64,000 bases of DNA, from positions 170,246 through 234,245 of the forward strand of contig MNCI01000425.1 of assembly GCA_015680685.1 (NCBI GenBank). The letters run 5' to 3'. The notes below the pieces were generated by a model that saw only the letters and a list, made by a program, of their open reading frames with translations, was not told the origin of the DNA and did no database searches. The DNA comes from Gnetum montanum (taxonomy: Eukaryota; Plantae; Gnetophyta). Position numbers and translations under genes: made by a program. Every line of letters starts with the position of its first letter. Within the stretch, counting starts at the first letter, position 1. Positions 26,729 through 36,808 of this stretch are shown piece after piece.

Positions 26729-29140
26729 ATAGCCAAAAAGAGGTTCATGAGCCCAACCTCTTGAACCTTCTTGATAATCATTGTTGGAGGCCCACTACAT
26801 AGCCAACGTTGTGATTCATCAACCTCACTATACTTAAAGAAGAGTTTAGCCTCATTACGTCCTAACATAATTACTATAACCTCCTTATATTTGGTTGCCA
26901 CTATGGAAACTAAGAATAAAATTAGTCAAAAAAAGGGAGGGTAATTAATTAAACTGATTCAAATTACATGAAAAGGAGCTCACCTAGTGTGAATAGTGTG
27001 GGGAATGGTGGTATTTCCACTAGAACTTCTTCTACAATGGGTACTCAACAAGATGTCCATTTGCCATCTAACCACCCAAGCTCCTTACATTTCATGTATA
27101 ACTTTGAGTACTTGGTTGGATAAGTTTTAAAAGTAGCCCCAAGTTGCTCTATAGCCCTGGCACATACCTTCTCAGTGGAGGAGAACTCTTGAAGAGTCGT
27201 TTGAACTAGGGCTAACGCCCCCTCCCTATCATGAAGACCATCCTTGTCAATCACAAGTCTAGCAACAAATAAAACATGATAAGAATTTTAAACTATACAA
27301 GACAAATAAAAATAAAATCCTTGATCATGTTAATAGAAAGCATAGTAGACAGTTCTAGGTGGGTTTTGAAAAAATATGCCCATATGGCAAGCAATGAATA
27401 AAGTGTTGTATTTATGATAACACTTGATCTAGCATCATCCAAATCCAAGACAAAATTCTTAAGCCTTCTGAACGTCGATTTGAGCCTCCTACCTCTTCCC
27501 CTTCAATAGATCCATCTGTCATGAATTTGAAAATGCCTCGGTTTGCTCCAAGCAACAGTGTCTCACTTAGGATGCCTACTGCTTCACTAGTGTGACCATA
27601 CCATGACACTGAAGTGACAAAGTAGGAATTCTAAGAACTCCTGTGCACCTTCTCAAAACTAGACCGCCTAGTCCCCTACTCATGCATGTGGTGAGGGAAC
27701 ATTGGACATAGGGGCACTCATACAACATAGAATCCCTACTAATTCAACCACAACTAGGATCGGCTTCAACATAACCCTACATTTTATAGTAAAAGCACTA
27801 AGTTTAAAACAAGGATAATTCTTGAAAGAAATTTTTTTTGAAAAATTTCTCTAAGTATCGGCTACACTTCCATGCAGCATAGCAGTCCTCTGTAAATTGT
27901 AGTAATCTTGTATAGAACATAACAATCGTAACACTATCAATGAACCAAAATGTTTTCTAAGTATTCATGCTATCACTATGACTTCATATGCAACGTAGCA
28001 ATTATAGCATCCCACATAACATAGCAATTGAATCTTGCGAGTAGCGTAGCACATACATCTTGGGCAGTGTACCACGTACGTCCCACATAGCGTAGCACCT
28101 ATGTCACATGTAATGTAGTGGCCATGCCCCACATAGTGTAGCAGCTACATCACATGCAGCATAGCAGCTACGCCCCATGTAGCATAACAAGCGAAAACAT
28201 AGCATAGCCTACCAATTACGCTGTCAAGGGTGACACTGCCTAACGGAAAACACAGAATGTTTGCAAAAGCCCTACCCTATTCCACCATGTGGAACGTTAA
28301 AAAAATTCCCTCCCCATGCATGCTACATTACCCAAAACACTCCAAACCCTCACCTAAAAAAAACACACATAAATGGTACATTGCCCCAATCACAGTGATG
28401 GAGGCTGCAACTACGGTGTAATAGCCATGGCTATAGCCGTAATGGTGATGGAAATAGCCATGGTGATAGCCTCAATGGCAGCATAATAGCCAGAGCATAG
28501 CAACTATGGTGGCAATAGTTGTGGTAGTAGTTGTGGCCATAGTGGTAACAGTCACGACGTAGCAGCCATAGCTACCGTGGCAACTAAGGCATGGTGACCA
28601 CAGCTGAGATAGTGGCAACAAAAAAAATCCAAACAAACAAAAACACAAAACATAAATAAAGGTAGCGTAGTGGATTACTGGGTAGATGGTGCCTCCTGCT
28701 ATTCTTCAATGTGCACTCTAAGGAGACACAAGGTGCGCTCCCCTTCGTCCACATTTACAAGGCCTTGATGTCTATGCTCACTCTTACCCACCATTATCTT
28801 GATTTTAAACTCTAACCTATCAGTGGTTACACTGCAATTGTTATGCTCTCTTATCTAAACCATGCTATGCTCTAGATTATTAGCTCTGACAATGAAAATC
28901 ATAGGTTTACTATGGATGCATCCCTATTTCTACCCTTCAAGGTTACATGACATGTTACTTTTTTGGGACGTCCCATGTCCCACATGTAACGTAGGATGCC
29001 CCATCACCCGTGCCTAACATGGAACATCCCATGTTCCATGTGTAACATGGGACACCCCATGTTCCTTGTAGCATAGCACATAGATTTCCTTTAAAAATTT
29101 AAACATTTGATTCAACCCTTCATTTTAACCCTTTTTTATT

Positions 29141-29311
29141 TACACTACAAGCACAATGACAGTCTGCTATGACCTTAAATTGACAATTTTAAAATTCCCT
29201 TTACACTATAAGCACAATCGTGGTTTACTAAGACCTTAAACTAGTAATTTTAAAATGTAGTTTTGCATTCTACTCATGGTTACAGTCTACTATGACCTTA
29301 AACTAGAAATT
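29141..29311 (+). repeat. Three 60-70 bp repeats carrying gtctactatgaccttaaactag
   Basis: gtctgctatgaccttaaattg, gtttactaagaccttaaactag and gtctactatgaccttaaactag, each followed by aatttt. Confidence 0.8.
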
Positions 29312-29369
29312 TTGAGTTATTTCATAATTACTTTGCATGCATTTCACTTTATGTTACTATGTTAGGTAG

Positions 29370-31070
29370 GTGCCATTTGAAAACTTTTATTTGTTGGTTA
29401 TTTTACAAGATCACTTAAGAATGGCCACACATGATGATCTTCATTCACCTTCAATATTGATTAGACCCCATGGTAGATTCATGAGATGCTTAAACATAGA
29501 TCTTGTAGACTTTGAGCCATCTCCTTGTAACATCAATGTAGCATCCTTAGAAACATCACTAGACTGGCCTGAACATCTAGCCCAAGCCTTAAACCTGAAG
29601 GCTGGTGATGTAATTGAGGATCCACTTATAGAAATTCCTATGACCACATGTGAAAGTAAGGTGAGAACATTGAAACTTAGCTCTTTACTAAAGCCACAAG
29701 TCCAGCAAAATATCACTAAAGTCTTCAATGATAATGTTAAATTGTTTGCATGGTCTTATGAAGACATGTCGAGCTTAGACCCATGCATAATACAACATAA
29801 CATTATCTTAGATTCACATGTCAAAGCAATCACCAAGCTATGCATGATGAAATTAAACTAGAGATTGCATTAGCTGTGCACGATGAAATCACCAAGCTTT
29901 ACCATGCTAGATTCATTCAGGTAGTCAGTTATGTATATTGGGTATCAAATATCATGGTCATCCCCAAGAAAACTAGGGGTATACATATCTATATAGATTT
30001 CTGATATTTGAACAATACAACCATCAAGGATGATTTTCCATTACCTAGTATCAACCAGTTGGTCAATATTATGGTTGGCCATGCCCTATTATCCTTCATG
30101 GATGGATTCTCAAGATATAATCAAATCCGTATAAACCCAGAACATCAACTCAAAACTACCTTCATGACCCCTTGGGGAACATTTTGTTACACAATGATGC
30201 CCTTCAAACTGAAGAATGTTGGAGCAACATACCAGCAGACAATGACTTACATTTTTAGTGACTATCTTTTAGAGTAACTAAATGACTATGTGGACAATAT
30301 AGCAGTAAAATCTAAGAAAGTGCCTAATCATGCAAATGATTTGAACTTAGTCCTTCAACATTGCCATAGGCATGACCTTCATATCAATCCCAAAAATTTG
30401 TCTTCAATGTCAAAACTAGACTTATGCTAGGCTTCGTAGTGTCAGAAATAGGAATACGTGTAGACCCAAACAAAGTCAAAGCCATTGTCAACTTAGCACC
30501 ACCCACAAACCTTAAAGAGTTGCATGGATTGCAAGGTAGGATACAGTTTATACGAAGATTTATTGCAAGGTTAACAAATAAATTGCATCAAATACAACAC
30601 TTACTTAAAAATGAACTAACTTTGAATGGATGAACCAATGCCAAGAGGCATTCAACAACTTGAAAAAGGATCTTGTTCATCTCCCTACTATTTACCCTCC
30701 ACAAAGGGATAAGCCCTTTTACATTTATCTTGAAACTTCAAATACGTCCATTGCTGCCTTGCTCTATCAAAAGAGAGATGAAAACTCTGAAATTCCTGTT
30801 TACTACCTGAGTTATGCATTAATAGCTTACAAAGCAAAATATAATGATGTAGAAAAAAATTACCTTGCTTTAGTATTTGCACTCAAGAAATAAAGACACT
30901 ACTTGTTTCATAGCTAGGTCAATATCATTTGAAAAAATAACATACTTAGAGCCATTACAACCAATATGTATGAAAGTAGAAAGATATCTAGGTGGAAAGA
31001 AATAACCTCATAATTTGACCTACACTACATAGCATAGTCATCTACAAAGGGTCAAGTGATGGCCACACAA
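29370..31070 (+). pseudogene. RT: Tat reverse transcriptase and RNase H
   Basis: FAWSYEDMSSLDPCIIQH, KDDFPLPSINQLV, SFMDGFSRYNQI, MPFKLKNVGATYQ, YVDNI, PVYYLS and EKNYLALVFALKK. Confidence 0.95.
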
Positions 31071-31169
31071 CTTACAGCTTCACCCACCGATGACCAAGAA
31101 ATAATAGAACCAAAATTTCTAGATGAGCATGTTAGTAGCACAAGCCCAATACCTATAGACATTGAAGTC

Positions 31170-31540
31170 ATTCTACACTTTGAAGTGCCTCAACCACATA
31201 AGGTGGTAGTGCTGCTGTTGTTCTCACATTTCCCTCCAGGGAGATTCGTCCCTTTGCATACCACTTCACATTTCTTTGCACAAATAATGTAGCAAAATAC
31301 GAGGGTCTCCTTAGAGGCATTTTAGTAGCTCAAGAGCCAAGGATCTAAAATTTAGCACTTCGAGGTGATTCGTAATTAGTCATTAACCAAGTCACAGAGG
31401 TTTATTCCTATAAGGCACAGCACTTACAGCCTTACTATGATCTAGTGAAGTACTTACTAAAGTAATTTGCCACCTTAGATATTCAATATGTACCCCTCAA
31501 TGAAAAAACTATAGCCAATGCATTAGCCACATTAGCTTTA
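31170..31540 (+). pseudogene. Additional archaeal-type RNase H (aRH), diagnostic of the Tat clade
   Basis: ILHFE (LHFDG with a frameshift), CTNNVAKYEGL, RGDS*LVINQV and ANALATLA, lying between RH and IN. Confidence 0.85.
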
Positions 31541-31649
31541 AGCATGCCACCACACATTTTTGCTACCTTACCTACTTCAATAGTGGATTGCACTAACCCT
31601 ATCATTCACACATCAAATATTGCATCTGTAAGTGTTTCCTAGATTCAAA

Positions 31650-32982
31650 AGTGGTATGAAGATGTCAAAATGTACCTCCAACATGGTGAGCCTCCACAAG
31701 GTTTAACATTTTTCCAAAAAGACGTAGTATGAAAATGATTGCAATAGTACATCCTTGTAGGTGATGGTGTTTTATGTCGTAGATCTTATGACAGGATACT
31801 GCTCACTTGTGTAAGTGGTGAAGAAGCCCAAAGAATCATTGAGCAAGTCCACAAGGGATTATGTCGAGGGCACATAACTCCAAGAGCTATGGTGGAAAAA
31901 ATTAGGTGCCTAGGCTACTAATGGTCCTACATGGAGCGTGATTTCCTCGCTAAGGTAAGAACATGTGATATATGTCAACATCATGGGAATCTGATAAGGT
32001 AAGAACATGTGATATATGTCAACATCATGGGAATCTGATAAGGTAAGAACATGTGATATATGTCAACATCATGGGAATCTGATACACATATCACCTACTG
32101 AGCTACATACCACACAAATCACATGGCCTTTTCAATGTGTGGAACTAGACATCATAGGGCCCATAACACCCAAGTCTTTTGCAGGGCATAGTTTCATTAT
32201 TACTATAATTGAGTACTTCACCAAGTGGGTAGAAGCTAGTCCCCTTAGGAAGATCACATCTCAACAAGTTTGCAAGTTCATTTTGGACAATATAGTAACT
32301 CGATCCAATGTTCCTATGACTATTGTTACAAACAACAGGCCCCAATTCAATAACGCGGAAACTAAAGCCTTTTGCAAAAATTTTGGCAGTAAAATTTCTT
32401 TCTCATCACCATATTATCCCTAAGCCAATGAACAAGAAGAAGATACCAACAAAGCCATTGTTAACCTTTTGAAGAATATGTTCAGCAGTAGAAAGTGACG
32501 ATGGCATGAGAAGCTCATCTACGCACTTTGGGCTTATCACACAATGCGTAGAATTGCCACAGGTAAAACCCCATATAGTCTTGTATATGGATCTAAAGCA
32601 GTTTTACCTCTTGAATTGTAGGTCTTATCACTCTGAATGATCCTCTCAAACTTTATGGATGAAGCTCAAAACAACGAGTCAAGAATCATTGATCTTAACT
32701 CTATGGAGAGAGAACGCATCCAAACACTTAGCTATATCGAGTGGTATTAAGAAAAGAAATGGCAAAAACATCATTGCAATCTACACCAACACCTGATCAA
32801 AAAAGGGGATCTAGTCCTCAAGGCTATTCTTGAGCTTGTGAACAAAATTCTTAGCTAACTAGAAAGGGCCTTTTCTAGTCACAAAATCATATGAAAATGG
32901 GGCATTCAAGCTGGCTAACTTAGATAGTAACGAGTTCGCTAATACTATTAACCACCTACACCTGAAATTGTATTACATCTAA
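31650..32982 (+). pseudogene. integrase: Tat integrase
   Basis: VHKGLCRGH, CDICQ, WPFQCVELDIIGP, YFTKWVEA, SSPYYP*ANEQ, ALWAY, GKTPYSLVYG and final NHLHLKLYYI*. Confidence 0.93.
31951..32084 (+). repeat. Exact 44-bp triplication in the integrase Zn-finger
   Basis: taaggtaagaacatgtgatatatgtcaacatcatgggaatctga at 31951, 31995 and 32039. Confidence 0.97.
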
Positions 32983-33017
32983 CATGTAGTATCACATCAA
33001 TAATAAAGCAAGGTAAG

Positions 33018-33358
33018 CACAAATCATCCGCTATGATGTAACACTAGCACAAATCGTCTGCTACGACATAAAACTAGCACAGATCATCCTCCATGACGTT
33101 AAACTGACATAGCATGTTTTTAGGCTATGACATAAAACTGGCACCCATAGCATGGTCTACCATGACTTTAAAATGTCCATCCCCCATCCACTACAATGTT
33201 AAACTAGCATAGAGATCTGCTAAAACCTTAAACTAGCACATCACGATCTACTAGGACCTCAAACTAACATAGCATGATTTCCCTAGACCTTAAACTAGGA
33301 CCATAGTCTATTGGGATCTTAAACCAATAGATCTAATGGTCTACCAAGATCTAAATTT
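33018..33358 (+). repeat. Degenerate ~29-bp tandem array after integrase (gcacanatcgtctgctacgaccttaaacta-like)
   Basis: About 11-12 diverged units, most ending in aaactag-like sequence. Confidence 0.85.
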
Positions 33359-34845
33359 GGGTTTGCAAGGAAATAACTCTAGTTCAATACATGTGACCTT
33401 ATGAATAAGTGAGCGAAAATGCTTTCCATCTTTCATTGCCTATCCACGCCTCTTGAGTAGGGTGGGGTGAGGCATTGTAGTTCTAGAATGAAATTCACAA
33501 TGTTAAGGAAACACCCTATAGGACATTTAAAAAATCACTATCCCTAGCATCTTGCTAATCTTCTGAAGATGTTTTTTGACATCTTACTGACTTTCCAGAG
33601 CTACCACAACCGTTGCCAATCATCTTGGTCGTAGCTCTCTTTCTCAGCACCTCCCGCTAGAGTCCTAGAACTATTGTGGCCCAGCCATAATGTCTTTTCC
33701 CTCCAACCCTTACCATCATCTAAGGCTAGAATAACATTCAGCAACTGGGCTTCCCACCTTATGGCTAAATTTCTTGGCTCCTACCTGTGGTGAGGATTCC
33801 TAAGCACCTACATCACCATTGCTCCTAGCCTCTTGAGTGCTCACTTCTGGTGTGGCTATTGGAGTTTTTTTAGCTTGCCACTACCAACACCTGCATTGGC
33901 CTTCCTTCTTTGGACATTTCACATGCTAGACATAGCACTTGTAGCTCTTGTAGTGTCCCAAGTAGACTAGACTTTGCCTTCATTTCACATGATGATTGTT
34001 TTTTCTGGTTTTCTCTCTGTTGCGTTTGCAGGATAAAGCTAGGATGGCACCTATCAAGAATGCATTTTACCACAACAACAGGACACTACATTATTTTAAA
34101 GTACCTACTTTGACTAGCCTAGCTACTTGAGAGTGCATACCCTCATATCCTTTCAACTAACCTAACCTCTATTTCCTCGCTTTGCAATTTCTAGCATCCC
34201 CTCACAAGCTTCTCCAATGCACATGCAACCCTTTCCTACGTTTAACTGCTAAGCGCATGACGAATGTAACACAACTCATCCTATGGGAAGCCTCTATAGG
34301 CTAGTCAAAGCCCCACATGGATGTAACACAACTCATCCCAAGGAGGAAACACCATGTCCTACAGCAATAACATGGTTGCCTTCAAAAGGATATAGGTGTG
34401 CAACTTGCCCCCAAAAAAAAGAAAAGAAATGAGGGAAAGAAATGAAATAAGATAGATGCTAAGTTAAGAGGCACAGTTTCCATTTTGCAACCACCTTAGC
34501 TTTGGATTGACCATCTCTAAACACTTTGATGAGAGGTCAAAAATCCAAAAGGGAAAGGTACTCATGCGTGCTCACTCCCTCATAGCACTTCGATGAGGAA
34601 TCACATTACTACAATAGTTTCCATAGTGTCACATCCTACATTTCTTTCCTTTTCCATCCATTGTTCCCTAACCTCATCTCCTCAAACCCATCCCTTGTTC
34701 TCTACCATACTTCACTTTCCTAGCACTCTCAAGCATAGCAAAGCACCATCTAAGCAAACACTGACGAACAGTGTTGGTGTTGTGTTCATCATGGTGTTTC
34801 ATATTCTTTGTCAATGTCTCTTGGAAAAATCCTCCAGACATCGAT

Positions 34846-34858
34846 AATAAGGGGCCAG
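34846..34858 (+). promoter_or_regulatory. PPT-like site of the Tat element
   Basis: aataaggggccag immediately before the 3' LTR. Confidence 0.6.
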
Positions 34859-36808
34859 TGAAACACCATCAATTTTGGGCTCTTATGACTCAATACCAAA
34901 TTTGTCCAAGCATCGAGACCTGGGTGAAATTTCTCCAAGTGTGGTGTCATGTTGGGCTGCACAGATAGCATGGAATCCTAGAAGTCCTAATTCCTACAAA
35001 TTTTTTTCTGAGTCTATCTACTATGCCCCTTAGCACAATCAACGTTGCATCCATGTCCATGGCTAGTTTTCACCAAAAGGACACCAAGGGCCAAAAAATT
35101 TGGCAAATTTTCTATCTTTCGGGCCATCCCAATTGCCAATCCACCCATGTGCTAGGCTAGGAGTAGTCAAAAGTGTTCATGATGCACAAAATANTGAGGT
35201 TAGGGAACAATGGATGGAAAAGGAAAGAAATGTAGGATGTGACACTATGGAAACTATTGTAGTAATGTGATTCCTCATCGAAGTGCTATGAGGGAGTGAG
35301 CACGCATGAGTACCTTTCCCTTTTGGATTTTTGACCTCTCATCAAAGTGTTTAGAGATGGTCAATCCAAAGCTAAGGTGGTTGCAAAATGGAAACTGTGC
35401 CTCTTAACTTNGTAGTGCAGCGTAACAGAGATGCCAAGGTCCAAAACTTCCTAAGTATGAAGCAAAAAGTTGTCAAGCCATTTTGACATGAAAGATGTAT
35501 TTTTAGGCTGATAAAATTTCTTGCCTGGCTACATGTGGGAGTGTGATCAAGAAGCATTTCAAACATCAATCAAAATTCATCAAAATAGGGGTTCTACACT
35601 TTACTACACTATGTAGTGTAGACAACATAGCAGGCCAGAAATGCAAAACTTTTCCAAGTGTTCACACTACGCTTTGCTATGCTAGGAAGCATAGACAATG
35701 TAGCACTTAGGAAACACCCTCCGAATGCCTCGAAAAGCACCTAAAATTTGACATCAACTATCATTCTTGCTCCAACATCTCTCCGATGGCCAAACTATGC
35801 AATCTGTTTTGTTTTTTCACCCCCTGTTATCCCCGAAATTGTTCCTACGCTTGACCCTACTCAAAAGAGGAGAGAACACATAGTCCCAGAGCATAGGCTC
35901 CAATTTACATTTGTTCTAGGCATCCTGGAAAAAACATGGTAATTCTTTAGATTTTAGCACATGCAACTTGGGCAATATGGTCACAGTTTGGTAGATTTTT
36001 GGTTCCTATTCTTGTCCTATCCAGTGTAGCACCACACTTTGAGTGTAACACATCAGCGTAACACATCCACATTCATGCAACGTGGGACCCAGGACACATG
36101 GCATCCAAACCACATCTCTCCCCCAACCCTGGCTCTATAAATACCCCAATAAATGACATTCTAAGGGTTGGCTTTTGTAGTTAGCTTCAGTAGAAGATTG
36201 GAAAGCAAAAAGTTGATGAGAGACAAATCTCAGCACTAGAGCCTTCCAAATCCTTGTTCCACTCTCGTGCCTGAACATGACACCTACCCATGCATAGCAT
36301 AGAAACTCTCAGACCAACAAGCATCAACTCCTCCATGCCTATCAACACCACATCTACAACACTCCAACGAGCATGACCACATTGCCTTGCTACCCAACTA
36401 TTTCTATCTATGCTGCACACCAATTGTACACATCATTCAATCAAAAGCCACATCTCTAAAACTTGGGGTAGTGCATTTCTTTACTCGCACTCTCATTTCA
36501 TTTCATTTCAATAGTATTTTAAACTATTAACATATCTATTTCTTTCTATTGTCATATGCACATATGTTCATATTCTCTCACTATTATCCATGTTGTATTC
36601 TCACTTATTCCAACTCCTACGTGTGATGATTTAACATCATTATTTGCACATAGTTGTTTTAACACCATGTGAGTCCCTGTCTAATCAACAAGACCATTCA
36701 GGGCACCTTTTTTTTTATCTCCAGCATTGCCCTCCCCCGAACTCAGGGTTAGGTTGTGTGCTTGACAACCTCTCAATGTTCTAGCCACTAACATTTTCAA
36801 ACACTGCA
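34859..36808 (+). repeat. Tat 3' LTR (TATA ctataaata at ~36135)
   Basis: Colinear with 15962-17616 apart from two block differences described in the findings. Confidence 0.9.
35195..35410. repeat. Inverted copy of ~34462-34677, bounded by single Ns (probable assembly artefact)
   Basis: Ns at 35194 and 35411. Apparently exact reverse complement, replacing about 460 bp that is present in the 5' LTR. Confidence 0.88.

Larger units (their letters stand above)
22559..27604 (-). pseudogene. Multi-exon antisense accessory gene of the Tat element (plant-transposon/PMD-like domain, acidic linker, coiled coil)
   Basis: Minus-strand ORFs 27045-27254, 26668-26901, 25041-25229, 24121-24528, 23583-23879 and 22825-23097 are linked by short GT-AG introns. 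Frame continues across the LTR insertion (NLFLAI|NPRIL). Motifs include VHGV.VVFEIT...LFGVP and YNWAKYLL. Start codon and domain name are tentative. Confidence 0.7.
21881..29369 (+). other. Putative large intron between protease and RT
   Basis: (C>T)AG|GTTAGG at 21880/21881 and a T-rich tract ending TAG|GTG at 29369/29370. The phase 0 to phase 0 join fuses the PR frame to the RT frame. Confidence 0.6.
15962..36808 (+). mobile_element. Tat-clade (Ogre/Retand-like) Ty3/gypsy element, full length, decayed
   Basis: Paired LTRs, TSD gctca (15957-15961) / actca (36809-36813), PBS-like and PPT-like sites, and domain order gag-PR-//-RT-RH-aRH-IN. Confidence 0.92.

Noticed and set aside
22559-27604. 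Independent host gene or DNA-transposon gene inserted in the Tat element
   Set aside because: No TIR or TSD surrounds the block, and its flanking repeats and upstream motifs are shared with the Tat 3' array and LTR. Not fully excluded without other copies.
33790-33880. Histone H3 tail-like reading (PH..KR(P)GAMVM.VLR versus PHRFRPGTVALREIR)
   Set aside because: It needs several assumed back-mutations and no histone fold follows. Kept only as a generic basic ORF.
34462-35410. Inverted repeat or invertible segment in the Tat 3' LTR
   Set aside because: The same N-bounded pattern, and the 5' LTR shows the real sequence at this position.
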